DNA of 64,000 nt from Malacoraja senta (lineage: Eukaryota), in the NCBI GenBank assembly GCA_038087875.1, contig CM075991.1:992001-1056000 (forward strand), written 5' to 3'. The position numbers and the translations under genes were made by a program. Shown here in pieces: positions 27,810 to 40,813 of the stretch (position 1 is its first letter; the number at the start of each line of letters is the position of its first letter). Below the pieces are notes generated by a model, which made no database searches, was not told where the DNA came from, and worked only from the letters and a program-made list of their open reading frames with translations.

Positions 27810-30800
27810 GTGAGGCTTGAAGGTGAAGGTGGGAGAGTGGGAGAGCAGGAGCAGCCAGGAGCAGCCAGAAGTAGCTTGGCTGGAAGTTGGTAAGAGGGAA
27901 AGTAGATTTAAAGAGCGCGCCAAAAGCCCAATTCAAGCGTTACCGTGAAGGTGGGAGAGCAGAGCAGTCAGGAGCAGTGAGAGCTAGGATTGGCTGGAAG
28001 TCGGTGAGTCAGAGGGAAAGTAGAAAACACGGGCGGGACCAGCATCGAACACATACCTTCAAGGTCAGCATCAGGGATTAACTGAGGAATTGGTAAATTG
28101 GCAAATTAGGCATTAATTAGCAATATAAGCAAGGTTGCTCTAGGGGGAGCAGCCAGTGGGTGGAGTGCCCTTGTGAGGGGATGTTTGCAGGGATGTGGGA
28201 GATCAGAGACACCGATGGTGCCTCTGGCTGCTACAACTGTGGTAAGTGTGTCCTGGTTCAGCTCCTGAAGGACCATGTTGGGGCACTGAAGAAGCAACTT
28301 GATGATCTCAGGAACATCCAGGTAAAGGAGAGTTTCCTGGACAAGACCTACAGTGAGGTTGTCACGCCAAGGCTACAGGAAGAGCGAAGGAAGGTGACTG
28401 TGAGAACGAGAGTAAGCGTGGAGTGCAGGAGACCCCGGGGGCTGTACCTAATGAAAACAGGAACACCCTTTTGGGAGCTGTCGGGGCAGACGACGCTTCC
28501 AGTCTGACAGGTGGACAGGTCATTGACTCCAACTCAAGCGATGAGACTTGACCGGTGAGACCGACATCTGGCAGAGCTATAGTGGTGGGTGACTCCATTG
28601 TCCGAGGTACGGACTGGAGATTCTGTAGCGGCAGCTGAGACTCGAGGATGGTCTGTTGCCTCCCAGGGTTCAAGGTATCACAGACCGACTTCAGAACATC
28701 CTCGAGAGGGAAGGTGAACAACCGGCAGTAGTTGTACACGTGGTCATAGACGACATCGGGAAGAGGAAGGAGGTTCTGCAACGCGAGTTTAGAGAGTTAG
28801 GAAGAAGACTGAAAAGTAGGACCTCTAGGGTGGTTATCTCTGGATTGCTTCCAGTACCTCGTGCTAGTGAGGGCAGGAACAGGGAGATAGGGGATCTGAA
28901 TGTGTGGCTGGGGGGCTGGTGCAGGAAGCTTTGTAGACCACTGGGATCTCTTCTGGGGTAGGGGTGACCTGTACAAAAGGGACGGGTTTTTACCTTAACT
29001 GGAGGGGGGCCAATGTTCTGGCAGGCAGGTTTGCTAGTGCTACATGTGTGGGTTTAAACTAAATAGTGGGGGGGAGGGGTTGACAAATTGGGAGTATAAA
29101 GATGTAGTTAAAGGGAAGTGAGTACAGGAAAAGTTACAAAAGACACCCAATTAATGGAAAGGAAAGTTCGAGAAGGGATAAGAGAGCAAGGTCAGGGCCA
29201 ATAGTGACCGAAGTCAAAGTGTTGTATATGAATGCGCGAAGTATAAGAAATAAAGTGGACGAGCTTGAGGCTCAGTTAGAAATTGGCAAGTATGATGTTA
29301 TGGGAATTACAGAGACGTGGCTGCAAGAGGACCAGAGCTGGGAACTGAATATTCAAGGGTATACGTCCTATTGCAAAGCAGACAGGTGGGCAGAGGGGGT
29401 GGGGTAGCTCTGTTGGTGAGGAATGAAATTCAGTCCCTTGCGAGGGGTGACATTGAATCGGGAGATGTAGAGTCAGTATGGATAGAACTGAGGAATTGTA
29501 AGGGTAAAAAAGACCCAAATGGGAGTTATCTATAGGCCCCCAAACAGAAGCCTGGATATAGGGTGCAAGTTGAATCAAGAGTTAAAATTGGCATGTCGTA
29601 AAGGTAATGCTACGGTTATTATGGGAGATTTCAACATGCAGGTAGAATGGGGAAAATCAGGTTGGTACTGGACCCCAAGAAAGGGAGTTTGTGGAGTGCC
29701 TCCGTGATGCATTCTTTGAGGCAGCTTGTACTGGAGCCTACCAGGGAGAAGGCAATTCTGGATTTAGTGTTGTGTAATAAACCGGATTTGATAAGGGAAC
29801 CTGAGGTAAAGGAGCCATTAGGAGGTAGTGACCATAATATGATAAGTTCTAATCTACAATTTGAGAGGGAGAAACAAAAATCGGAGGTTTCAGTGTTACA
29901 GTTGAACAAAGGGGACTATGGACCCAAGAGGGAGGAGCTGGCCAAAGTTGACTGGAAAGATACCCTAGCAGGGATGACAGAGGAACAACAATGGCAGGTA
30001 TTTCTGGGAATAATACAGAAGGGGGGGGGTGCAGGATCAGTTCATTCCAAAGAGGAAGACAAATTCTAAGGGGAGTACGGGGCAACCGTGGCTGACAAGG
30101 GAAGTCAGGGACAGTATAAAAATAAAAGAGAAGTACAACATAGCAAAGATGGGCAGGAAGCCAGAGGATTGGGTAACATTTAAAGAGCAACAGAAGATAA
30201 CTAAAAAGGCAATACGGGGAGAAACGATGAGGTATGAAGGTAAGCTAGCCAAGAATATAACGGAGGATAATAAAAGCTTCTTTAGGTATGTGAAGAGGAA
30301 AAAAATAGTTAAGACCAAAGTTGGAACCTTGAAGACTGAAAAGGGTGAATTTATTATGGGGAACAAGGAAATGGCAGATGAGTTGAACAGGTACTTTGGA
30401 TCCATCTTCACTAAGGAGGACACAAACAATCTTCCTGATATACTAGTGCCCAAAGGATCTGGGGTGATGGAGGAACTGAAGGAAATCCACATTAGGCAGG
30501 AATTGGTGTTGGTTAGACTGATGGGACTGAAGGCTGATAAATCCCCAGGGCCTGATGGTCTGCATCCCAGGGTACTTAAGGAAGTGGCTCTAGAAATCGT
30601 GGACGCGTTGGTGAGCATTTTCCAATGTTCTATAGATTCAGGATCAGTTCCTCTGGTTTGGAGGGTAGCTAATGTTATCCCACTTTTTAAGAAAGGCGGG
30701 AGAGAGTAAACAGAGAATTATAGACCAATTAGCCTGACATCGGTGGTGGGGAAGATGCTGGAGTCAATTATAAAAAGATGAAATAGCGGCACATTTGGAT

Positions 30801-32090
30801 AGCAGTAACAGGATCGGTCCAAGTCAGCATGGATTTACGAAGGGGAAATCATGCTTGACTAATCTTCTGGAATTTTTTGAGGATGTAACTAGGAAAATGG
30901 ACAAGGGGGAGTCAGTGGATGTAGTGTACCTGGACTTTCAGAAAGCATTTGATAAGGTCCCACATTGGAGATTAGTGGGCAAAATTACGGCACATAGTAT
31001 TGGGGGTAGAGTGCTGACATGGATAGAGAAGTGGTTGGCAGACGGGAAACAAAGAGAAGGGATTAACGGGTCCCTTTCAGAATGACAGGCAGGGACTAGT
31101 GGGGTACCGCAAGGCTCGGTGCTGGGACCGCAGCTATTTACAATACACATCAATGATTTAGATGAAGGCATTCAAAGTAACATTAGCAAATTTGCAGATG
31201 ACACAAAGCTGGGTGGCAGTGTGAACTGTGAGGAGGATGCTGTGAGATTGTAAAGTGACTTGGGGAGTGGGCAGATGCATGGCAGATGAGCTTAATGTGG
31301 ATAAATGTGAGGTTATCCACTTTGGTAGAAAAAACAGGAAGGCAGATTAATATCTAAATGGTGTCAAGTTGGGAAAAGGGGAAGTACTACGGGATCTGGG
31401 GGGTCCCTGTTCATCAGTCAATGAAAGTAAGCATGCAGGTACAGTAGGCAGTGAAGAAAGCGAATGGCATGTTAGCCTTCATAATAAGGGGAGTTGAGTA
31501 TAGGAGCAAAGAGGTCCTTCTGCAGTTGTACAGGGCCCTAGTGAGACCACACCTGGAGTATTGTGTGCAGTCAATAGCAAGGACATTCTTGCTATTGAGT
31601 GCAGCGTAGGTTCTCAAGGTTAATTCCCAGGATGGTGGGACTGTCATATGCTGAGATATTGGAGCGGCTGGGCTTGTATACTCTGGAATTTAGAAGGATG
31701 AGAGGGGATCTTATTGAAATCTTATTTAAGATTATTAAGGGTTTGGACACGCTTGAGGCAGGAAACATGTTCCCGATGTTGGGGAATCCAGAACCAGGGG
31801 CCACAGTTTAAGAATATGGGGTAAGCCATTTAGAACGGAGATGAGGAAACACTTTTCTCACACAGAGAGTTGTGAGTGTAGAATTCTCTGCCTCCGAGGG
31901 CGGTGGAGGCTGGTTCTCTGGATACTTTCAAGAGAGAGCTAGATGGGGCTCTTAAATATAGCGGAGTCAGGGGATATGGGGAGAAGGCAGGAACGGGGTA
32001 CTGATTGGGGATGATCGGCCACGATCACATTGAATGGCTGTGTTGGCTCGGGGCCGAATGGCCTACTCCTGCACCTATTAGCTATTGGCT
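27810..32090 (+). mobile_element. Essentially full-length (about 4.3 kb) degenerate CR1 LINE
   Basis: Duplicated 5'UTR module (about 27820-27915 and 27945-28030); ORF1 with Cys motif (C..C..MW..C.KC) and GDSIV esterase; ORF2 APE (LYMNARSIRNK), RT (YLDFQKAFDKV, FADD) and 3' tail; multiple stops and frameshifts. Confidence 0.92.
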
Positions 32091-32389
32091 TATGTGCGCA
32101 CATGTGATACCCAATGTCAATTATAGGGGCATTAGCTCCATGAGCCCAAACAGTTCCAGGGCTCTGTATAACTACCTATCTTTGCCTGGGTCTAGAGTCT
32201 CCGAGTGTCTTTCCTCACATTCCTCCATTTTCCATCCTTGGGGTAAAGCTGCCCCTATGCCTTCTCATGTGGCTAATGTCAAATGGTTTCAGTAAATTGC
32301 ATTGGGACAATCGATGTTGTATACTCTCACTCAGAATTTGTACCTCCCCATATTTGTTGCTGCTGATGACATCTTCAAAACGTTCCTTC

Positions 32390-32675
32390 CAACGGGGAAA
32401 AGATTTAATAGGAATCTGAGGGATAACCTTTTCACACAAAGGGTGGTGGATGCATGGAACAAGCTGCCAGAGAAGGTAGTTGAGGCATGGACTATTCCAA
32501 CGTTAAGAAGCAGTTGGACAGATACATGGATAGGACAGGTTTGGAGAGATCTGGACCAAATGCTGGCAGGTGTAGCTGGGACATGTTGGCTGTGTGGGCA
32601 AGTTGGGCCGAAGGGCCTGTTTCCATACTGTATCACTCTATTTCTCTTGGTACTAAGTCAGTCACTATCTATGAT
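32390..32675 (+). mobile_element. CR1 3' fragment
   Basis: FTQRVVDAWNKLP peptide plus tail. Confidence 0.85.
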
Positions 32676-33826
32676 AAGCTCTCCTCAGTTTGTGGCTCTC
32701 AGCGAGGTGGGGGGGGGGGGGGGGGGGGCCGAGGGGGGGGGGGGTTGAGTGATTGGGCAACAAATCATCTTCGTAGCGTTAAACAATCACCCACATCATG
32801 GTTGTCAGAAAGTCGCTTGACCTCCTGCGTTCTTTCCACCAGTTTTATTTTGTTGGACCTTGGCCTTCAGGTGCCTCATGAGCTGTTTTCTTCCTTTGAG
32901 GGTGGAGTTCCCAATCCATGAATACCTTTCCCTTGAATTTCCCCATCTAACAACTCTGCAGCAGACATCATCCCAGATACAGAAAAGGTGAAGAAACTGC
33001 AGATGTTAGAACTTAAATAAAAACAGAAAATGCTTGAAGAGCTCAGCACATCAGGTAGTATCTTTGAACGAGGCACCACCAGGAATCAATACAGAAATCT
33101 TGCAATCCCAACCTTGAACTAATAGACAACAAACTAAGCATTCACAGCTGTTTGGAGTAGAACATTCTAAAAGATTTGCTACTTAATACATACAGAAAAT
33201 CTTTGTTCATCTGAAAATCAAACAACCATCCCATTATAAGCCTACAGTTCTAGACTCTGCTGGACTACTAACTCTAACTAAACTCCGAACTCCCATGATT
33301 GCACTAGGAAATTTAGGCTTTGTCTTGATTTCTGCATAAATTGTTTTTTTTCTTTATTTATTGAACTTATTTTCAGCTTAGTTTAGCTTAGTTTATTGTA
33401 CCTGCACCAAGGTACAGTGAAAAGCTGTTGTTGCATTCAAATACTATACATGATTACAATCGAGCCAGATACATGATAAAGGGAATAATATTTAGTGCAA
33501 GATAAAGTCCAGTAAAGTCTAGTTGTGGATAACAGCTGGGAAGAAACTGCCCCTGAATCTATGTTATATTTCTATATGTTGTTTATTTTACATATATATA
33601 ATGAATAATATGTTTATAAACCCGTTGTGCTGCTGCAAGAAAGAATTTGATTGCTCCGTTTTGGTGCATACGGCAATAAAACACTTGACTCCTGCTAAGA
33701 AGGCAGCTGGGAAACTCTCTTGGAATCTGCACTGAGCTCTCTTCTCATCCCTGTTCCTCAATGTAGTCTGCATAGGTCATTCTCCCAATAGATCACTGAT
33801 GTTACAAAGTTTAATCAGTGGTGTTA

Positions 33827-33982
<156 letters not shown>

Positions 33983-34244
33983 TCAAGTCACTGACAGCAT
34001 TTACAAGGTGTTTCTCAGGACTCTAAGGTCATAATTGATAGGAGCAGAATTAGGCCATTCAGCCCATCAAGTCTACTCCACCATTCAATCATGGCTGACC
34101 TATCTCTTTCTCCCAACCCCATTCTCCTGCCTTCTCCCATAACCCCTGACATCCATACTAATCAACAATCTATCTTATCTCTTGCTTAAAAATATCCATT
34201 GACTTAGCCTCCACAGCCCTCTGTGGCAAAGAATGCCGGATTCC

Positions 34245-34450
34245 GGGCAGCCACGGTGGCGCAGCAGTAGAGTTGCTGCCTTATAGCGCTTGCAGGTATG
34301 GAGGTTAATTGGTTTGGTGTATGTGTAAATTGTCCCTAGTGTGTGTAGGATAGTGTTAATGTGCGGTGATCACTGGTCAGTGTGGACGCGGTGGATTGAA
34401 GGGCCGATTGAAGGGCCTGTTTCCGCGCTGTATCTCTAAACAAAACTAAA
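34245..34450 (+). mobile_element. HE1/V-SINE-like tRNA-derived SINE (internally deleted), inside a minus-strand CR1 3' piece
   Basis: A-box-like ggtggcgcagcagtagag; CR1-type tail gggcctgtttccgcgctgtatctctaaac. Confidence 0.75.
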
Positions 34451-35707
34451 GATTCACCACCCTCTGACTAAATAAATTCTTTTTCATCTCCTTTCTAAAG
34501 GAACGTCCTTCAATTCAAGACACAACCAGTGGAGAACATGCAAGGACGTAAGCCGTTGGTGAAATGGTCAAAGTCTAACAGCAAGGAGTGGGAAACCATC
34601 AATGCAGATGTGAGCCTAATCTTAAGTGGAATCAAGGGATCAGCAGAAAAGGTTGGAGAAGATGGGTGATCTAGTCTACAGCTATGGAAAGGAGAAATTT
34701 GGAGGGAAGGAACAACTCAGCTGGAAAGATAGGCCTCCTCCCCCTAAGTCCCGTCGTCTCCAGGAAATCCAACGACTAGTTAAAGAAAGAAGAGGCCAGA
34801 GGAAGTTGTGGATAAAAGCAACAGCAGAAGGGGGGGCATCAACCTCCTTCAAGAGGATCTAAAACAGAGGCTCTCGAAGCTGCGCAGAGCGGAGAATTTA
34901 AGGAAACAACGCAAAAAGAAGGAAAAAGCAAGAACAGACTTTTACAAAGATCCCTTTAAGTTTGTGAAAGGCATTTTCACAAAAGAGAAAAGCAGATCCC
35001 TGAAAGCGTCAAAAAAGGAGGTTGAAGGACACATCCACACTGATGAGCTAAAAGATGAACTGATACTTGTCCCCGCTGACATCCCACCAATCTCACCCCC
35101 ACAACATCAATTTGACATCAGCCCTCCCAAGCTGAGTGAGGTGAAAGAGGTAGTGAGGAAGGCAAGAACGGCCTCTTCGCCAGGCCCTAATGGTGTTCCG
35201 TATTGTGTCTACAAGAATGCCCTGGATATTCTGAAATTTCCCTGGAGGAACATGGGAAAAGGAAGTCATCCCCAAAGGCCTGGCGAAGAGTGGGGGGAGT
35301 GCTGATCCCAAAAGAAAATAAATTCGTCCACCATCGAACAGTAATCGGCAAATAAACCTTCTTAACATAGAGGGCAAGATCTTTTACAGTGTGTTGGTGA
35401 AAAGACTCATAAAGTATCTGAAACAAAACCATTTCATTGATACGTCAATCCAAAAGGCTGGCATAGCAGGCTTCTCGGGGGATGCCTTGAACATACCAGC
35501 GTCATATGGCATCAAATCCAGACTGCTAAGAAAGAACGGAAGAATCTGCATGTCTTGTTCCTCGATCTGGCCAATGCCTATGGGTCAGTTCCTCATTCGC
35601 TACTGTGGACTGCTTTTGAATTTTTTCAGGTGACTGCAATAATAACAAACCTGGTAAAAACTACTTCCAGGATCAGCAATTTTGTCTCACAACATCAGAC
35701 TTTACCA

Positions 35708-35837
35708 GGGGTGGGAGATTGCATCCTTCACGTGGTCCACCCTGTTTCGGCGAATGCATTCAACCTGGCGTGCACAAACTGATCAAAAGAACAAGTTGTC
35801 TTACAACTTTAGGCTGTGCACGCCATACGCAAGAAGA
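35708..35837 (+). mobile_element. About 130-bp short retroposed insertion with an 11-bp TSD
   Basis: TSD agactttacca at 35697-35707 and 35838-35848; short (AAG)n tail. Confidence 0.75.
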
Positions 35838-37059
35838 AGACTTTACCACAGTGTGGCAACCACTGGAAGTAGGCATCATGGTGGGGTGCACCATCTCCCC
35901 ATTGACCTTCACTATGGCAATGGAGCTCATTATCAGAGCATCAAAATGGGTTGTGGAGGAAAACGGCTACAGTGTGGTCAGCGATCGCCACCTACATGAG
36001 CCTATATGGACGATATACTGTAACAACACTAACAACAACTATCCCCCTGCACCAAGAGACTTCTGGAAAAACTTCATCAAAACATCACATGGGCAAGGAT
36101 GAAGATTAAACCCGGCAAGTGCAGAAGCATCTCCCATTGTCAAAGGTCAAGTCAAGGATCAAAGATATCATATTGACGGAATCCCTGTTCCAACTGTTTC
36201 AGAATACCAGTGAAGAGCTTGGGGCCGATGGTATGATGCAAAGCTCAAGGACACCGAGCAGTTTGAACAACTGAAAAAGGATACCATCACGCATATAACT
36301 CGCATCAACAGGACCTTGCTACCAGGAAAACTCAAGCTGTGGTGCTTCCAATTTGGCATACTACCAAGAATCATGTGGCCTTTAACTGTGTATGAAATCC
36401 CCATCAACAAAGTGGAAAAGCTGCAAAGAATGATCAGCACACATGTGAAACAGTGGAAGGGACTTCCACGATGCTTAAGTGCTGTCGGACTGTACGGGAG
36501 TGGCAAATTGGAATTACCCATTGCAGGACTTGTGGAAGAGTTCAAATGCACTAAAGCAAGGTTGGTCATGAACCTCACTGAATCTGCAGATACCGTTATT
36601 CGAACAGTGGCCCCCAGTGTGGCAACGGGGAGGAAGTGGACCCCATCTGAAGCCGTTCATAGTGCTAAGCCTGCTCTTCATTTCCGGGATGTGGTTGGCC
36701 AAGCCCAACACGGGAGAGCTGGGCTCGGGCTCGTCCAAAAAGCTCCTCAATGGCACAAAACAACATCGGTGCAGAAGAGACGGCTCATAGTGGAGGAGGT
36801 GAGAAGATGGGAGGAGGCAGAACGATACACCAAGGCTATCTCAATGGCCAAGCAGGGCCAATGGACTAACTGGGAGAGACTGGAAAAGTGGAAACTCAGC
36901 AGACATCTGGCAAATGGAGGGATCTCGGCTAAGTTTTGTCATCAGAGCCACTTATGATGTTACACACCCTCACCCCAGAAACTGAAGCAGTGGTTTGGAG
37001 AAGACCCCGCTTGATCCCTTTGCCAAGTACCTGTATCACCAAGGCACATTTTAACAGGA

Positions 37060-37915
37060 TAATAATAATAATAATAATAAATGTTATTTGTGGGCGCCTA
37101 TACAAAAGTCTCAAGGACACCTTACAGAGTTTAACAAAGAAACAAATAATCGGGGTAAAATAAGTTATAAAGACATTACCAATACACAAATGAAAGACAG
37201 AATTCAATCCAAAGACACAAAAAAGAAAATCAGAAACACAATGTGAGAAGAGAGCAGCGGCAGCTAAACCGCGCCAGCGTCCACTCTCCCCTCTGACCGC
37301 CATCTTGGACACAGACTAACATAGACACAACACACACAAATCATCCCCCCACAATGGTTACCACTGTGGGGGAAGGCACAATGTCCAGTCCCCAACCCCA
37401 GTTCACCCAAAGTCAGGCCTATTGAGGCCTCCACAGTTGCCTCTACGGAGGCCCGATGTTCCTGGCCGTTCTCACCGGGTGATGTTGCCCCGGCGTCGGG
37501 AGAGTCCTCACAGCGGCTGGGCCGCCTGGAACGGACGCATTCCTCACCGGAGGCCGCAGCTACCGAAGCCGACAAGGCCGCGCCGGTTTGGAGCTCCAAG
37601 GCTCCCGATGTTAAAGTCGGCGCCGCCCGATCCTCTCCGCAGTCCTGCAGCCCGGAGGTGTTGACGTCGGCGGTCACGGCTCACCGGAGCTCCAGCGAGT
37701 TGATCCAGCGCGGCGACCCAGGCAAGGCATCGCCTGCTCCGCTCTGCGACAGCGCTCCAGCGCTGTGCCGCCACCAAGCCGAGGTGCAGGGCGGTCCCTG
37801 CCAGGAAACGGCGCTCCAGGCCCGCTGGTAGGCCACGAGGACGGGTCGACGGGGCAGCCTGGAGAAAAAAGCTGCCTCACCGACCAGGTAGGACGTAGAA
37901 ATGTCGTTGCCCCTT
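37060..37915 (-). mobile_element. Non-autonomous GC-rich retroelement nested in the HERO-like element
   Basis: (ATT)n tail on the minus strand; shares gccttc....cacagtg and gactttaacatc with 14484-15172. Confidence 0.65.
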
Positions 37916-39009
37916 GTCGATGCACTACGAGCCTTGCCTAAGGGCGTTACACTTGGGGCCATAACACGTTCTCAGTCAGCTGGCATCAATCCTGGACAGA
38001 GGCGAATGACCATAAATGCTTGTGCACAAACATCAGCAGGAAATGCCCATTCACAACATTTGTACCAGCACGTCAACCTCCAGAGCAACAAATCACATCA
38101 AAGGATGCAAGCATTCTGCATGCCTGCTCGGGATTGGAAAATGAATGTGGACTTGGAAAAAAAGCTGTGTTTCCTCCAGACATTGTGGCTACAACACTCC
38201 GGCCAGACATGGTCCTGTGGTCCACAACAGCCAGGTTTGCATACGTGTGGAATTGACAGTACCATGGGAAGATGGTGTTGAAGAAGCTATGAGAGGAAAA
38301 GGTCCAAGTACTTTGAACTGGCATCTGAAGCTGCCCAGAATGGCTTGGAAGACCAGGATATTCCCTGTAGAAGTGGGATGCATGGGATTCGCTGCTACAT
38401 CTATGACCAGTCTATTGAAAACAAAATGGGGGCGAGGGGCCGTTCCCTCCAACAAGCAATCAAGTTATTGTCAAATTCAACAGAAAAAAAGCAGCAATGG
38501 TCTTTGGATTAAAAGGAAACAAGCATGGGCTCAGATGAAGACAGGAGGGTATGGAAGTGTGGGGGGTGTACCTTGGATGCCAGGGCAGAAGGTAGGCACA
38601 GGGTTATTGATTGGGGACGATCAGCCATGATGACAATGAATGGCGGTGCTGGCTCGAAGGGCCGAATGGCCTCTTCCTGCACCTATTTTCTATGTTTCTC
38701 TGCTTTTATGTATCACCATTGAGCCCTCTGGAGACGTTGTGGGCTTATCAATGTCAATGAAACGTCAAAGAAGGAGGGTGCCCACCTGATGACCCTGATG
38801 ACGTACCTACCCTACCTTTCACCCCTCCAATCCCACTGCCAATATCAAGAGTGTCAATTTACTTCAGGGATTGAAACATGTCCTATAGGCTCTACTGAGG
38901 CTATGACCTCTGGTTCTAGACTCTCCCACTAGTGGAAGCAACGTCTCCAAATCCACTCTATCCAAGCCTTTCACTATTCGGTATGTTTCAATGAGGTCCC
39001 CCTCATTAT

Positions 39010-39985
39010 AAGGTTATAAGGTCATAGGAGCAGAATTAGGCCATTCGGCCCATCAAGTCTACTTTGGCTGATCTATCTCTTCCTTCGAACCCCATTCTCC
39101 TAGCTTCTCCTCATAACCTCTGGTACCCGTAATAATCAAGAATCTATCTATCTCTGCCTTAAAAATATCCACTGACAAAAAATTCCAGAGAATCGCTACC
39201 CTATGACTGAAGAAACCCTCCTCATCCCCTTCCTAAAGAACATTCTTTAATTCTGAGGCTATGACCTCTACTTCTTGTGTCCTAGACTCTCCCACTAGTA
39301 CAAACATCTTCTCCACATCCACTCTATCCAAGCCTTTCAGTATTCCGTAGGTTTCAATGAGGTCCCCCCTCATTCTTCTAAACTCCAGCGAGTACAGGCC
39401 TAGTGCTTTTAAACACTCATTATATGTTAACCCACTCATTCCTGGGATCATTCTTGAAAACCTCCTCTGGACCCTCTCCACAGCCAGAATATCCTTCCTC
39501 AGATATGGTGCCCAATATGCTCACAATATTCCAAATGTGACCTGACCAGCGCCTCATACAGCCTCAACATTACATCCCTGTTTGTGTATTCTAGCCCTCC
39601 CAAAATAAATGCTAGTATTGTGTTTGCTTTCTTTATTACCGATTTGATTTGCAGATTAACTTTTTGGGAATCCTGCACCAACACTCCCAAGTCCCTCTGC
39701 ACCTCTACTCCTTTATTCCTACTACCAAAATGCATGACTCCACACTTTGTTACAATATATTCCATCTGCCACTTCTCTGCCCACTTTCCCAACCTGTCTA
39801 AGTCCTTCTGCAGAGTCCCTGCTTTCTCTACACTACCTGCCCGCCACCTATTTTTGTATAATTCTTCTAAACCCCAGTGACTACAGGCCCAATGGCGTCA
39901 GACAGTCATCATATGTTAACCCCCTCATTCCTGTGATCATTCTTGTAAACCTCCTCGGGACCCTCGCCAGGGCCAGACTATGATG
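39010..39985 (-). mobile_element. CR1 3' fragments
   Basis: ORFs 39233-39481 and 39499-39792 are CR1 RT C-terminus. Confidence 0.85.
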
Positions 39986-39989
39986 CCCT

Positions 39990-40460
39990 TACAAACAAAG
40001 ATGTGTTAACCTCAAACAAAGCACGAGAAGGCAAACTGGAGGAACAGCACTTTATATTCCACTTGGGTAACTAACCTAATCCCCTCCCCTCCCTTCCCCC
40101 CCCCCCCTCTTCCCTATGCCCCACTTATCTTGCACCTATTTCTCCCCTCCCCCTCCCTTTAGCTTACATTCCTTCCTCAGACTTACAATTTGCAACTATT
40201 CTATCCTTATCTCACACCTTTTGGCTTTTCATCTCTCGCCTATGGCCAGCCATCTAGCTATAAAAAAAATCCACCTATCACGCTACATTTAGCCCTGCCC
40301 CTCCACCCTCCCTCCCAACCACAATCAGTCTGAAGAAAGGTCCAGACCCGAAACATCATCTATCCATGTTCTCCAGAGATGCTACCTGACCCGCTGAGAT
40401 ACTCCTGCATATTGTGCCTTTTTTTCTAAACCAGCATCTAGATTTCCTTGTTTCTACAAG
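39990..40460 (+). mobile_element. Penelope 3' fragment/pLTR
   Basis: RKLEEQHFIFHLG-like segment and ctgaaga...cgaaac motif at 40330-40357. Confidence 0.7.
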
Positions 40461-40813
40461 AGATAGCCAGTCAGACGTACTGCTATCAATTATCTTGATA
40501 TAAGTGAAGAGAAGTCCTCCTGTCTGTCACGTTAATTTTGTGAATAGGTGTAGTTAAAAATAACAGGGAGTAAGAATTGCAACTGATGCGTCATAGATAC
40601 CAGGTGAAACCCTACTTACAGAGAATTTAAATTCTGATTAATTAAATAACCAGGATGTCAACAAATGCACCCATTGTACTAAATGCTGTACTAATGTAGT
40701 CTTGCCTACATGTGAGTCTAGAACCACACTTAATTGCTCATTGAATTGATCCACCAAGCAGCTCAGTTATTCGATGGCAGCTCAGTATTGTCTTCCTAAC
40801 AGCCATTATCAAA

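Larger units (their letters stand above)
34517..38895 (+). mobile_element. HERO-like (R2-group, restriction-like endonuclease) non-LTR retrotransposon, degenerate, 5'-truncated
   Basis: RT motifs FLDLANAYGSVPH and LEVGIMVGCTISP; LPGKLKLWCFQFGILPRIMWPL; zinc-knuckle remnant LCQVPVSPRHILTG; RLE motif RPDMVLWS...ELTVPWE. Inserted into a CR1 tail at aattc|tgaggct. Confidence 0.82.

Noticed and set aside
32760..33000. Non-repetitive island with short minus-strand ORFs
   Set aside because: No consistent splice pair in phase with neighbouring exons and no recognisable peptide.
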